Part shown: in pieces, positions 8,968 to 19,151 of the stretch
How positions within the stretch are numbered: position 1 is the first letter of the stretch
Layout: every line of letters begins with the position of its first letter
Origin: Candidatus Woesearchaeota archaeon
GTDB taxonomy: Archaea; Nanobdellota; Nanobdellia; Woesearchaeales; GW2011-AR9
NCBI GenBank assembly: GCA_018302605.1
Contig: JAGVZN010000010.1
Span: 3,932-63,012 of the forward strand
Reading direction: 5' to 3'
Length of the DNA stretch: 59,081 nucleotides
The notes under the pieces: model-generated
Told to the model about the DNA's origin: nothing
What the model saw: only the letters and a program-made list of their open reading frames with translations
Database searches by the model: none
Made by a program: the position numbers and the translations under genes

Positions 8968-9444
8968 TTAGATCTTCAGTTTTCCTGCATTCAAAAGTAG
9001 TTTTTCTTTTCCTTCCGGATCAAAGTTGATGCTAAACATGGAATCTGATAGAGAAGAATCCTGCTTTGCTCTTAATAAGAGATAATAGTCTTTGCTTTCG
9101 TCAGTACCTCCTGCGTAGGCTTGATATAAACCAACTTTCAAGAGAGCACCGCCTTTTATCCCCCCAGCATAATCTTGATAAAGATATTCTAACTCAATGG
9201 TTTCGCCGGTTTCAATATCTTTGAGCAGTATAAATTTTGGATTTACTTTGGAAGGGGCGTCCGCACCTTGATACTGGTAGAGGTGAAGCTTTCCGGTTCC
9301 ATCGGGCAGAGCAAAATAATCCCCTTTTACAACCAATTGGCCTCCGGTACTTGTTGCCTGTCCTGCCAAAGTTTCCCCCGGCGCACAGGCCACCACAAAC
9401 AATGTCAAAACCATTAATCCTAAAACTACCGCCATTTTCTTCAT
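8968..9444 (-). CDS. Putative secreted lipoprotein with LAGQA motif
   Basis: MKKMAVVLGLMVLTLFVVAC signal/lipobox; GGTGA RBS upstream of the ATG at 9444. Confidence 0.7.
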   Translation of the reverse strand: MKKMAVVLGLMVLTLFVVACAPGETLAGQATSTGGQLVVKGDYFALPDGTGKLHLYQYQGADAPSKVNPKFILLKDIETGETIELEYLYQDYAGGIKGGALLKVGLYQAYAGGTDESKDYYLLLRAKQDSSLSDSMFSINFDPEGKEKLLLNAGKLKI

Positions 9445-9575
9445 GAGTATCACCTGATTAATTGATGGAATAACAGAAACCATTGATCTATTTAAAGATG
9501 CGTTACCCCCCCCCGTCGTAAAATGATTTTTTGGAATACGAAAACTTATAAAGAGATCGGGGTCTAAATCTTTCC

Positions 9576-10556
9576 ATGGAATCAACCATCTGGACGGAAA
9601 AATATCGGCCAAGCACGTTTGATGAAGTGCGCGGACAGAAAGAAATCATCGAAAAAGTCCGTGCGTTCGTGGCTAGCGGCAGTATGCCTCATCTGCTGTT
9701 CAGCGGTCCAGCAGGAGTAGGAAAGACGACGCTCTCGTTAGTTATTGCCAAACAGCTTTTTGGCGAAAATTGGCGGCAGAATACCTTAGAGCTTAACGCT
9801 TCAGATGAGCGGGGGATTGATGTTGTCCGCGTCAAAGTTAAAGATTTTGCCCGAACCAAAGCGATCGGTGATGTACCATTCAAGCTAATCTATCTGGACG
9901 AGAGCGATGCGCTGACCAAAGAGGCGCAGCAGGCACTGCGGCGGACGATGGAGAATTATACCAAGACATGCCGTTTTATTTTGTCGTGCAACTATTCATC
10001 AAAGATTATCGATCCGATCCAGAGCAGATGCGCAGTGTTTAGATTTAAACCGTTGAGTAAAGAGGATATCGATTTATTCGTGCGTGAGAGATTGTTAAAG
10101 AAAGAATTTGAGTGCAGTGGTCCGGATCAAAATGCTGTTTATCGACAGGTGATTGATGCACTTTATGAAGTTTCTCAGGGAGACATGCGGAGGGTGATGA
10201 ATATATTACAGAGTTGCGCGGTGTTAAAGAAGTATATCACCGCGGATGATGTCTATTCGATGGCTTCGGTAGCCAAGCCGAAAGAGATCGAAAGCGTCTT
10301 GGAATTGGCCGCAAAAGGCAATTTTGTCGAATCGAGAAAAAAACTGCTCGATCTGATGCTGCAATATGGGTTGGCTGGCTTGGATGTCATCAAGCAAATT
10401 CAACAGGGGATCTGGCATCTCCCAATTGATGACCGGCAGAAAGTAGCATTGATCGATAAATGCGGTGAAGTGGAATTCCGCATGGTTGAAGGAAGTGATG
10501 AATATTTACAATTAGAAAGCTTTTTGGCATTTGTGGCAATGGTCGGGATGAAGTAA
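9576..10556 (+). CDS. rfcS: Replication factor C small subunit
   Basis: WTEKYRP, GPAGVGKTT, ELNASDERGIDVVR, LDESD, IQSRC motifs. Confidence 0.96.
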   Translation: MESTIWTEKYRPSTFDEVRGQKEIIEKVRAFVASGSMPHLLFSGPAGVGKTTLSLVIAKQLFGENWRQNTLELNASDERGIDVVRVKVKDFARTKAIGDVPFKLIYLDESDALTKEAQQALRRTMENYTKTCRFILSCNYSSKIIDPIQSRCAVFRFKPLSKEDIDLFVRERLLKKEFECSGPDQNAVYRQVIDALYEVSQGDMRRVMNILQSCAVLKKYITADDVYSMASVAKPKEIESVLELAAKGNFVESRKKLLDLMLQYGLAGLDVIKQIQQGIWHLPIDDRQKVALIDKCGEVEFRMVEGSDEYLQLESFLAFVAMVGMK

Positions 10557-10573
10557 GGGCATCATCCGGTCTA

Positions 10574-10596
10574 AAACGCGGAGTATTCCACCACTC
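10574..10596. repeat. Family E element left-end fragment
   Basis: AAACGCGGAGTATTCCACCACTC is identical within the copies at 31684 and 55461. Confidence 0.75.
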
Positions 10597-10658
10597 CCCA
10601 CATTACTAATAAATAAACAACTCTTTGTATAAATTATTTTGTCGTTTACTATAACTCC

Positions 10659-11561
10659 CTATTTTGCGCTTTCTTTCACTCTCAATTTCTCCTGAATCAA
10701 GTCCTGATACTTGTAGTCTAACGTCAATTTGACCTGACGGACTTCCAGTGTCTTAGCGGCAAGTGCTTGTTTTAACTTACAGACAACATCAACCTTGCCG
10801 TTGACGAGGCGCGCTTCATCCACCTTTCCTCCTGATTTGCATTCCCAAGCTGGATCGTCGATGGAGAATCCAAGTCTATTAGTCAAACCAAAATCACCGG
10901 TGAGCGTGCTTACATCACCGGTTCCTTTGTTTTCAACGGTAAACTTAAGGGCAACTATCCCCTTGCCTGCCGGTTCTTCACTGACCGCCGTAACAGTAAC
11001 TGGAGCGGCAGACACAAAGAATTTCTTCGCCCCTTGAACTTCACAGACACGCTTGTCGGTAAGATCTTCTTTGAGACATATCTCTGGAACGATGACCTGG
11101 GTCTGATATTTATATTGAACATTGGCAAACCACGTGCGATCGAGCAACCCGACAACCTTGCTCTTCATTTTGGCATCGCTGGAGAATGAGATGGTTTCTT
11201 CTCCACCGTTGGGAAGGAGATCAGAAATCTTTTCTATACTGCCTGTATTCTTCAGCGTCCACGATGGAATCCCTGCAAATTCTTCCTTGGACAGGCCGGT
11301 TAGGGTCACGCTTACATCATCTTTTTGAATCTCATATTCTCCTTTGTTGCGGATAGTTACTTCCACGGGGAAAGTTTCGGTATCAAAAATGCTGGATACT
11401 CCTGCTTCTTCAACGCCAAACGGCTCAAATTCAGCAACGACACCTTGCGTTCCACCAATGAAGACACCGGTTGTTTGGGTCTGCTGTTCACTGCCGCCGC
11501 AGGATGTCAATAAGAATAAACTGAAGATAAGTATGGGCACTAAGATCATTCTTTTATTCAT
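10659..11561 (-). CDS. Putative surface lipoprotein (paralog family with 11618-12568 and 42607-43491)
   Basis: LTSC lipobox, beta-rich, paired Cys, APV.V motif, C-terminal L.Y.Y. Confidence 0.72.
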   Translation of the reverse strand: MNKRMILVPILIFSLFLLTSCGGSEQQTQTTGVFIGGTQGVVAEFEPFGVEEAGVSSIFDTETFPVEVTIRNKGEYEIQKDDVSVTLTGLSKEEFAGIPSWTLKNTGSIEKISDLLPNGGEETISFSSDAKMKSKVVGLLDRTWFANVQYKYQTQVIVPEICLKEDLTDKRVCEVQGAKKFFVSAAPVTVTAVSEEPAGKGIVALKFTVENKGTGDVSTLTGDFGLTNRLGFSIDDPAWECKSGGKVDEARLVNGKVDVVCKLKQALAAKTLEVRQVKLTLDYKYQDLIQEKLRVKESAK

Positions 11562-11617
11562 GCTATCGCCTCTTTGGTTTGTAATGTGATTGTAAAGGTG
11601 TTTCTTCTTAATAAAGG

Positions 11618-12568
11618 TTACTGCGGGGTCTTGACGATCCGGATTGATTTCTGGAATGATTGCATGTAATTATAATCTAAGTCAATCAAAAGTGGGCTTT
11701 CAAACGCACCGGTTCCCGGAACATTAAATGAGCAGACAATCTTGCCATTGCCGTTGTTAAGGCGGATGAGACCGCCGGCCGGGCTGCAATTGATCAATGA
11801 GCCGCCGCTGAATTGGACGCTGTACGCAACTCTGTCTAGATCGGTCAAATCTGGGGAAGGCTGGCCGCAGGATTGAAGATCGGAGTAAGGGCTAAGGACT
11901 TTTCCCACGCCGAAATTCTGGACATTAATCTCAAAAACGGCACGTGCCCCGACCATGTTGACTCCGACATAAGAAATCCCCACGGGAGCGCCCTGGCCGC
12001 CGCCCATACTCACACTTCGAGGTGTACACACTTTTTGTTCGGTAGTGATTTGATACAATGCCGGATCGACGCAGACCTGAGGGCTTGCCCGCGTGTGATA
12101 ATTGTAACAAGTCTGGATATTCAAAGTGGGATTGTATTCAAAAACACCTTCCGGAAGGAAGATGCTGGAAGAGCGGATCTCTAATTGATTTGATTCCCCT
12201 TCTATGTTGTAGATACTTTTCCCGGGTAATCTGCCGATGCGTTCGGCACAAGAACGCGGGATGTGCAGACCGCCCCGAATGATGCTCTGGTCAATTCCCG
12301 TAATCCGAACAAAGCAGGAACTGGCATCAAGATCGTGATTTCCTTTGTTCTGAACTTCCAGGATGAGATCCAGCTGATCTTGGTCATATAATGTCGGCGG
12401 GGGGAAATTGGCCAGCAGACTGACTTCCACCCCCTGCGAACCGCTTTGCACCTGTTTTAAAGCAGCAGCGGTATCTAAAGGAGTTTGTCCTGGTCCTTGA
12501 GGAGAGCAAGAGGTGAGAAAAAAGATAAAAGCCAGAAATACTATACTGATAACCATCCTCTTTTGCAT
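11618..12568 (-). CDS. Putative surface lipoprotein (same family)
   Basis: LTSC lipobox; Y.Y.T...VCVD, GQGAPVGI, LDYNY motifs. Confidence 0.72.
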   Translation of the reverse strand: MQKRMVISIVFLAFIFFLTSCSPQGPGQTPLDTAAALKQVQSGSQGVEVSLLANFPPPTLYDQDQLDLILEVQNKGNHDLDASSCFVRITGIDQSIIRGGLHIPRSCAERIGRLPGKSIYNIEGESNQLEIRSSSIFLPEGVFEYNPTLNIQTCYNYHTRASPQVCVDPALYQITTEQKVCTPRSVSMGGGQGAPVGISYVGVNMVGARAVFEINVQNFGVGKVLSPYSDLQSCGQPSPDLTDLDRVAYSVQFSGGSLINCSPAGGLIRLNNGNGKIVCSFNVPGTGAFESPLLIDLDYNYMQSFQKSIRIVKTPQ

Positions 12569-12654
12569 CTGTTGAATAAACGTTTTTAGTTATATAAGTC
12601 TTTTGGTGAATCGCTTCGCAAAATCTTATAAAGAAATAGGCCGTTCTGATCACT

Positions 12655-12897
12655 ATGGAAAAGATGAAAATAGTCCATTTCAAGAAGGACTGCATCAGCT
12701 GCGGCGCTTGTGCAGCAATCGCGCCGGAATATTGGGAAATGGATGCGGAAGGGCTTTCGACATTAAAAGGTTCCAAGAAAGTGGACGATCATTTTGAATT
12801 AGAGATTGACACGGAAGAAGCACGGGCGGCGAATCAGGAAGCAGCGGATGTCTGTCCGGTGAATATTATTCATTTGAAGAAGAAAGATGAGAAATAG
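12655..12897 (+). CDS. Single-cluster ferredoxin
   Basis: CISCGACAAIAP ... AADVCPVNII. Confidence 0.9.
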   Translation: MEKMKIVHFKKDCISCGACAAIAPEYWEMDAEGLSTLKGSKKVDDHFELEIDTEEARAANQEAADVCPVNIIHLKKKDEK

Positions 12898-12904
12898 ATG
12901 TGTT

Positions 12905-13062
12905 GTATTTGTTTAGCTTTTCCGGCAGGCCGCGCATCCGAGCGGAAATCTGCAAAAGTATTTTCTGCTTCTCGCTGTGAACCAGAAGATTTCCGCGCCA
13001 AGCTAGGAACAAAGTCTCTTCAGATGCGCGCATCTTGGCCTTGCCGCCAGCTAAACAAATAC
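12905..13062. mobile_element. Hairpin mini-element, family D copy 1
   Basis: TIR GTATTTGTTTAGCT/AGCTAAACAAATAC; 8-bp flanks GATGTGTT/GATGTTTT; homolog at 56943-57049. Confidence 0.85.
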
Positions 13063-13121
13063 GATGTTTTCTGATGATGAAGATTCCTCAAAGAGATAGA
13101 TAGGATCAAAAATCGAGACTT

Positions 13122-13403
13122 CTATTTTATCCGATGCTCTTTCTGCAGCTGATGGGCAAAGGCGATCTGATGACGGCGTAATTTGGCCAGAATTTTGTTG
13201 TGCTCTCCCATTAGCTGATGAATGTCTGTGACACGCCGGGCATGCTTATGCTGATGTCTGGCTTTTTCTTCCGGTGATGTTGCTTTGTAATGTTTCTCCA
13301 GATGTTTCTGCGCTTTTTGGCTATACTTCTGCACCTTCTTGTTGACTTTGACCAAATCTTTAGAAAGGACGTAGAGATAGGCTGCTTCGTTGGCAAGAGA
13401 CAT
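13122..13403 (-). CDS. Small His/Lys-rich coiled-coil protein
   Basis: 93-aa ORF, helical, downstream of fibrillarin with its own TATA-like box. Confidence 0.55.
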   Translation of the reverse strand: MSLANEAAYLYVLSKDLVKVNKKVQKYSQKAQKHLEKHYKATSPEEKARHQHKHARRVTDIHQLMGEHNKILAKLRRHQIAFAHQLQKEHRIK

Positions 13404-13433
13404 ACGATCAGAATAATCATTGCCTATATAAAA

Positions 13434-14108
13434 TTATTTTTTCACAATGATCATACAATGATCTTTCTCTAACGGCTCCAGAATACGATAATCAATGACT
13501 GTCAATTCTGCTTCTACTTTCTTACGGACTTCTTCGAAGATCTGTTTTGACTTTTTCTTTGGATCAATACTGCGTGCTTTGACCGCCAGCAGGCCATACC
13601 CTCCTTTTTTGAGGAAAAGACGGCAGTTCTCCACAAAAATCTCTGCCTGATTCCTTTGGGCGATATCCTGATAGACAATATCGGCGCCGCAGATGCGCTT
13701 TTCATATTCTTCAGGATGGTTGGCATCGGCCAGGATGGGAATAATATTTTTCCGCTCTTCAGCGAGGAAAACCAGATCGCGCATCACTCGGGGCGCAGGA
13801 TCTATGCCAAAGATCAACCCCTCTTTTCCAACCATATCGCTGACAAAACTGATCGTGTAGCCATGGCTGGCACCAAGGTAGAGGACAACATCACCTTGAC
13901 GGATGCCAATGTTTGTCGCGCCTTTGACGACGGCAGCTGCCAATTTGCTGCGGGTCGGATCGATTTCACGGTATTCTTCCTTTTGGGCCCGTATTGTTCT
14001 CTCCCGGAAATGCGTCTTCCCCTGAAGAATGCTTTTGGTGCATAACATCCTCCCTCTTTCGTCCTGGTATAATCCAAAGACCCGATGCGGCTTGATTTTA
14101 GTGCTCAT
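13434..14108 (-). CDS. flpA: Fibrillarin (box C/D rRNA 2'-O-methyltransferase)
   Basis: RSKLAAA, VLYLGASHG, NIIPILADA, YQDIAQ, KARSID motifs. Confidence 0.94.
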   Translation of the reverse strand: MSTKIKPHRVFGLYQDERGRMLCTKSILQGKTHFRERTIRAQKEEYREIDPTRSKLAAAVVKGATNIGIRQGDVVLYLGASHGYTISFVSDMVGKEGLIFGIDPAPRVMRDLVFLAEERKNIIPILADANHPEEYEKRICGADIVYQDIAQRNQAEIFVENCRLFLKKGGYGLLAVKARSIDPKKKSKQIFEEVRKKVEAELTVIDYRILEPLEKDHCMIIVKK

Positions 14109-14989
14109 CCAAACCTCTTTTCTAATTCTTTTTTGTATTCTCCGGCTTTCAACTCTCCCTTAAAATAATCCAGCCGGGTGCATAACGATAGTTTGTCGGC
14201 GAGTTGGCGGGCAGCTTTTCCTTTCAAATCTTTAGCCGCGCCCTGGATGAGAGGATGTTGGAAAAGAACACCATACTTTGGTACTCGTGCGCCGGTCTTG
14301 ATGTGGCGGAAGAGTGCCTTTTCTGCTCCTAAAAGCTGGATCGTCGAAGCGGGCAAGAGGGCAAGACGTTTTAATCCTTTCCCCAACTCGAGGAGGCGCG
14401 CGCCGATGGTCGCACCAGCAAGTTCTAAAAGATTAGGGCAATATTCCTGCATCACTTTCTGCAGATAGCGGTCTTGTTCCTGGCGCAGCCGGTAAAGCTG
14501 TTGGATCTGCTTGGCGAGAAGCACGAGCTCCTGGACATGATGCTGTTCTAAATCGGCACCCATCGTTTCGGTGATAGCATATTCTTTCTGCAGTTCAACC
14601 CGTGTCTTGGTGATGATCAATTCTACAAAACGCTCGTGATTCGTCACTTTTTCGGACAGTTCGGGAAGATAGAGACCGCACCATTCGCGCAGGCGTTTAG
14701 CAAGAAGGTTGCAGATCTGGTCTAACTCACCGATGGTCGAGATACTTTGGATGATCAAGGCATCGCTGTTCACCGCATTTCTGATTGCTTCTTTAGTCAG
14801 GATGAGATTACGCGCAGATAATTCTTGATAATATCGTTTGTCTTTGAGAAGAAAAAGTGCAGCTTGTCTTTTTTCCGTGGGAAGAGGGATCAGCCTCTGT
14901 GCTTCTTTTGTATCTTTGAGTATTTTTATCTCTTGCATTTTCTCATCGACGGCTACCTGGCCGAGGAGATGGAGGAACACGTATTTCAT
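14105..14989 (-). CDS. nop5: Nop5 (Nop56/58) box C/D snoRNP protein
   Basis: RLREW, PELS, LPASTIQLLGAEKALFRH, PKYGVLFQHP; start MKYVF at 14989. Confidence 0.92.
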   Translation of the reverse strand: MKYVFLHLLGQVAVDEKMQEIKILKDTKEAQRLIPLPTEKRQAALFLLKDKRYYQELSARNLILTKEAIRNAVNSDALIIQSISTIGELDQICNLLAKRLREWCGLYLPELSEKVTNHERFVELIITKTRVELQKEYAITETMGADLEQHHVQELVLLAKQIQQLYRLRQEQDRYLQKVMQEYCPNLLELAGATIGARLLELGKGLKRLALLPASTIQLLGAEKALFRHIKTGARVPKYGVLFQHPLIQGAAKDLKGKAARQLADKLSLCTRLDYFKGELKAGEYKKELEKRFG

Positions 14990-15045
14990 GGGACGGGCAG
15001 GGAGGCGCAAGCTATATAAACTTTCTCGTAATTTTGTCGATTGCG

Positions 15046-15279
15046 ATGAGCGGGACATTACCCTTTTTCAAAGAGAGATGTGATTATTGCCATCACGATC
15101 TTCCTCAATCCCGCTCACATTGGGAAGGGAAAGACGGCTCTCACCATTACAAGAATATTGATTGTTCAAACTGCCGGAGAACGAATTGGATTCACGTCCA
15201 TTTTCAGGGTTCGGGCCACGACAGTTTTCGTGAGAAGATGACGATAGAATCAATGGTCAGCAAAGTACGGGAGAGGTAA
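15046..15279 (+). CDS. Small zinc-ribbon protein
   Basis: CDYC ... CSNC pairs; TATA (CTATATAAA) upstream. Confidence 0.6.
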   Translation: MSGTLPFFKERCDYCHHDLPQSRSHWEGKDGSHHYKNIDCSNCRRTNWIHVHFQGSGHDSFREKMTIESMVSKVRER

Positions 15280-15307
15280 GATGAAACTAAAATACGTACT
15301 ATTTTTA

Positions 15308-15470
15308 GGCACTGTAGAAAAAGTCGTCCGTCTGGCCTGAAGATTGACCGTGATAAGCGATCTGCTGGAACAGGTGTGAAAAAGATAAGATTGACTGGCT
15401 GGTTCTGCAACCACGAACACAACTGGTTTTCGCCACGGTCAATGACTATGACGACTTTTTCTATATCGCC
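15308..15470. mobile_element. Hairpin mini-element, family C (GGC-ended, IS903-like ends)
   Basis: GGCACTGTAGAAAAAGTCGTC/GACGACTTTTTCTATATCGCC; perfect 9-bp TSD CTATTTTTA; inner ATTGACCGTG/CACGGTCAAT stem. Confidence 0.85.
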
Positions 15471-15498
15471 CTATTTTTAGAAATCTTTATAAATAAGT

Positions 15499-15673
15499 GA
15501 CCTCCCCAGTGGTACTCGACGCACAAAAGGTTATCATTACACTGATCAGCCAGACTGATTAAATGATGATGATCACGCCGCCTGAAAAAGCAACCATCAC
15601 CGGAAGTCAGAACTGATATTCTTTGATGGAAGCTCTCCATAGGCAATTATCATTGAGTGTTGCAGAAGAGGTC
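15499..15673 (+). promoter_or_regulatory. Structured 175-nt segment between the TATA box (15486-15493) and the rpl3 start
   Basis: GACCTC/GAGGTC outer stem; TTATCATT/AATGATGA, TGATCAG/CTGATTA and CCATCA/TGATGG inner stems. Confidence 0.5.
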
Positions 15674-15696
15674 TAAAAGAAATATCGGTATTTATC

Positions 15697-16659
15697 ATGC
15701 CACGATCACGACATCCACGACGGGGAAGTATGCAGTTTTGGCCTAGAAAGCGCTCTCGGCATACACTTGTCCGCATCCGTTCCTGGGTAGCTGAATCCAA
15801 AGCAAAACCACTCGGTTTCATCGGCTTCAAAGCGGGGATGACCCATCTGCATGTTCTGGACAACCGTCCCAAATCACCCACTAAAGGGGAAAACATTTTT
15901 GTTCCTTCTACCATCATCGAATGTCCGCCAATGACCGTTGCGGGAATCGCTTTCTATGTCCAGACCGCAACCGGTCTGCGCAAAGTCAATTCCGTCATGG
16001 CTGAGAAATTAGACAAAGATCTTAGCCGGCGTATTCAACTTCCGAAACAGAAGAAAGACAAAGTCGCTGCTGATTACGATGATCTTCGCCTTCTTGTTCA
16101 CACGAATCCCAAACAAACCTCTACTGGAAGCAAACGTCCTAAATTGTTGGAGATCGCTCTGGGTGGATCTAAAGAAGAAAAAATGAATTTCGCCCAAAGC
16201 ACCTTGGGAAAAGAGATCAGCATCGGCGACGTTTTCGCCGCGGGCACGAGTGTTGATGTACACGGTGTTTCCAAAGGGAAAGGTTTCCAAGGAACAGTCA
16301 AGCGTTTTGGTGTTCCGATCCGCCAACACAAAGCAGAGAAGACGAAACGTGGTATCGGAAATCTTGGTTCATGGAAACCAAAACACGTTCAGTTTACCGT
16401 TGCTCAATCGGGGAAGATGGGTTATCACTCTCGTACAGAATATAATAAACAAATCTTGAAAGTGGGAAGTAAAGTTTCTGAGATCAACCCCGCGGGGGGC
16501 ATCGTCCGCTATGGGTTGCTCCGCCAAAACTATGTATTGTTACGCGGATCAGTTGTCGGACCAAAGAAACGTGAACTTGTCCTTACTCCTTCTTTACGGC
16601 CTAATCCTAAAATGACGAAAGAGGCGCCAGAGATCCATTATACATCTCTCCATAGCTAA
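15697..16659 (+). CDS. rpl3: 50S ribosomal protein L3
   Basis: HPRRGSMQFWPRKR, GFKAGMTH, SKGKGFQGTVKRFG. Confidence 0.97.
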   Translation: MPRSRHPRRGSMQFWPRKRSRHTLVRIRSWVAESKAKPLGFIGFKAGMTHLHVLDNRPKSPTKGENIFVPSTIIECPPMTVAGIAFYVQTATGLRKVNSVMAEKLDKDLSRRIQLPKQKKDKVAADYDDLRLLVHTNPKQTSTGSKRPKLLEIALGGSKEEKMNFAQSTLGKEISIGDVFAAGTSVDVHGVSKGKGFQGTVKRFGVPIRQHKAEKTKRGIGNLGSWKPKHVQFTVAQSGKMGYHSRTEYNKQILKVGSKVSEINPAGGIVRYGLLRQNYVLLRGSVVGPKKRELVLTPSLRPNPKMTKEAPEIHYTSLHS

Positions 16660-16660
16660 G

Positions 16661-17467
16661 ATGAAACTAACAACCTATTCACTGCAGAAACAGAAAAGGG
16701 CGGACACGGAACTCCCTCCGCAGTTCGCGGAGTCCTATCGTCCAGACTTGATTAAACGATCAGTCCATGCTTTGCAAAGTGCGGCGCGGCAAGCCTATGG
16801 TGCGTCCACAGAGGCTGGCTACCGCCATTCTTCCCGGATCAGCAAGCGCCGTCGGAATTACCGCGGCTGTTACGGCTTTGGCATCAGTCGAGTCAATAGG
16901 AAAATCCTTTCCCGACGGGGAACGAGGATGTTTTGGGTGGGTGCATTTTCTCCCCAGACGGTTGGTGGAAGACGAGCTCATCCTCCCAAGCAGATCAAGA
17001 TCCTGGAGAAACTGATCAATAGAAAAGAAAACCAGAAAGCGATCCGTTCGGCAATGGCGGCAACATTAAATAAAGATCTCGTTGCCCAACGAGGGCATCA
17101 ACTGCCTTCAGAATATCCTTTTATTGTCGAGTCTGCTTTAGAACAGGCGCAAAAGACGAAAGACGTCGAAGAAGCTCTCGTCAAACTTGGTTTTGAGAAC
17201 GAATTAGAACGCTCATTAATCAAAAAAGTCCGAGCGGGGATAGCGACTATGCGCGGCCGGAAATATAAACGAAAAAAAGGATTGCTGATCGTCACGGGCG
17301 GCGATTGTCCACTGGTCAAAGCAGCACGTAATCTTTCGGGCATTGATGTAGTCAAAGCACAGGATCTCAATGCCGAACTGCTTGCTCCGGGCGCTTTTCC
17401 AGGGAGAGTAACTCTCTGGACAGAACACGCTCTTGATGTCCTCAAAAAAGAAAAATTATTTGTATAA
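16661..17467 (+). CDS. rpl4: 50S ribosomal protein L4
   Basis: YRPDLIKR, GGRRAHPPK, LAPGAFPGRVTLWT. Confidence 0.96.
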   Translation: MKLTTYSLQKQKRADTELPPQFAESYRPDLIKRSVHALQSAARQAYGASTEAGYRHSSRISKRRRNYRGCYGFGISRVNRKILSRRGTRMFWVGAFSPQTVGGRRAHPPKQIKILEKLINRKENQKAIRSAMAATLNKDLVAQRGHQLPSEYPFIVESALEQAQKTKDVEEALVKLGFENELERSLIKKVRAGIATMRGRKYKRKKGLLIVTGGDCPLVKAARNLSGIDVVKAQDLNAELLAPGAFPGRVTLWTEHALDVLKKEKLFV

Positions 17468-17484
17468 TCATCTTCACTCACACT

Positions 17485-17862
17485 ATGGCAACACCAACAA
17501 AAAAAACCACGGCAATGGAAAAGAAGGCTAGGCCTGCCTCTGTTTGGGGAGCGAAAAAGTCTGCTGGACGGGCAGCTGGACGAGCCGAGACATCCTCTTC
17601 GTTCGATCCCTACGCCGTGCTTAAAGCGCCCCTTTCAACGGAGAAAAGCATCCGCCAGATCGAGTTTGAGAACAAGCTGGTCTTTGCTGTTGATCGCAGC
17701 GCGACGAAACGGGATGTGAAGAGGGCTGTAGAACAGCTTTTCAAAGTTAAAGTTGCCGCCGTGAACATTCAAAATGCCTTTCAGGGGACAAAACGAGCCT
17801 ACGTCCGTTTAGCCAGCGGTAGCCTGGCTTCAGATGTCAGCGCCGATCTCGGTCTCATCTAA
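17485..17862 (+). CDS. rpl23: 50S ribosomal protein L23 (N-terminal extension)
   Basis: PLSTEKS, ENKLVFAVD, KRAYVRL. Confidence 0.94.
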   Translation: MATPTKKTTAMEKKARPASVWGAKKSAGRAAGRAETSSSFDPYAVLKAPLSTEKSIRQIEFENKLVFAVDRSATKRDVKRAVEQLFKVKVAAVNIQNAFQGTKRAYVRLASGSLASDVSADLGLI

Positions 17863-17889
17863 GCAAATACACAAAAGTAAAAATCTACC

Positions 17890-18600
17890 ATGGGTAAACG
17901 CATCATTCAACAACGCCGGGGAAGAGGTTCAAAGACCTACACTTCACCTAGCTTCCGCTTTAAAGGAGAAGTACGCCATCCTTTTGCTGACACAGAAGGC
18001 ACCGTTGTCGACTTAGTCCATTGCGGTGGCCACTCCGCCCCATTGATGCTGGTTTCCTATTTGACCGGCCAGAAACAAAAACAACTGGCCTTTGCCTCAG
18101 AAGGTGTCTGCGTCGGTGATAAAGTCGCTGTTGGAAGTGCGGCGGAAGTAAAGAACGGGCACGTTCTTCCTTTGCAGCAGATCCCGGAGGGAACATTGAT
18201 CCATAACATTGAATTACGCCCTGGCGACGGAGGAAAATTAGTGCGGTCATCAGGTTCCTTTGCTAAAGTCATTGCCCGATCAGAGAAAGATGTCCGGGTT
18301 TTGCTCCCTTCACGAAAAGAAAAACTCTTTTCTCCCGATTGTCGGGCATCAATTGGAACAATTGCGGGATCGGGGAGAACAGAAAAACCGTTCCTCAAAG
18401 CTGGAACCCGCTACCTGAAAATGCGTGTTCGCAATAAATTATATCCTCACGTCTGCGGCATTTCGATGAACGCGGTCGATCACCCTTTTGGGGGAAAATG
18501 TTCGCACATCAAAGGGCGTCCAACGCAATCACCACGCAATGCCCCACCGGGCCGCAAAGTTGGTAAGATTGCCCCGCGCCGTACAGGGAGAAAAAGATAA
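17890..18600 (+). CDS. rpl2: 50S ribosomal protein L2
   Basis: MGKRIIQQRRGRG, MNAVDHPFGG, APPGRKVG. Confidence 0.97.
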   Translation: MGKRIIQQRRGRGSKTYTSPSFRFKGEVRHPFADTEGTVVDLVHCGGHSAPLMLVSYLTGQKQKQLAFASEGVCVGDKVAVGSAAEVKNGHVLPLQQIPEGTLIHNIELRPGDGGKLVRSSGSFAKVIARSEKDVRVLLPSRKEKLFSPDCRASIGTIAGSGRTEKPFLKAGTRYLKMRVRNKLYPHVCGISMNAVDHPFGGKCSHIKGRPTQSPRNAPPGRKVGKIAPRRTGRKR

Positions 18601-18642
18601 AAGAGAAAAAGATAAACAAAGAAGATTACGGGGTTTACAATC

Positions 18643-19023
18643 ATGGCAAAAGAATTCACTTGGAGAGGAAAATCGGAAGAGGAGATTAAGAAGCTCGATC
18701 TCGCACAGTTTTCACTCCTCGTTCCCGCACGACAGCGCCGCACCCTGAAAAGAGGCTTTACCGATTTTCAGAAGAAGCTGTTAAAACGGCTGGAAGCGGG
18801 AGAAAATAATGTCAAAACGCATTGTCGTGATTTAATCATCCTTCCCCTGATGGTTGGACGGACATTGAAAATCTATAATGGGAAAGAATATGTTCCCGTG
18901 CTGATCGCTTCCGACATGATTGGTCATTATCTCGGCGAATTTGCCCATACACGCAAGAGCGTCTCACACAGCGCCGCAGGAATAGGAGCAACCCGATCGA
19001 GCAAGTCAGTGTCAGCGCGATAA
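18643..19023 (+). CDS. rps19: 30S ribosomal protein S19
   Basis: VKTHCRD, YNGKEY, MIGHYLGEF. Confidence 0.96.
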   Translation: MAKEFTWRGKSEEEIKKLDLAQFSLLVPARQRRTLKRGFTDFQKKLLKRLEAGENNVKTHCRDLIILPLMVGRTLKIYNGKEYVPVLIASDMIGHYLGEFAHTRKSVSHSAAGIGATRSSKSVSAR

Positions 19024-19151
19024 ACATGAAAGGGGAAAAACAGCTGGGAGAAAACAGCCTAATCTCCAAGATTGTAACTAAAAAAATCGTAACTAAAAAA
19101 ACAGAACTTAAAAAGTAAAAAAACAAAAAAAAACAACCAGAACAAATCCAG

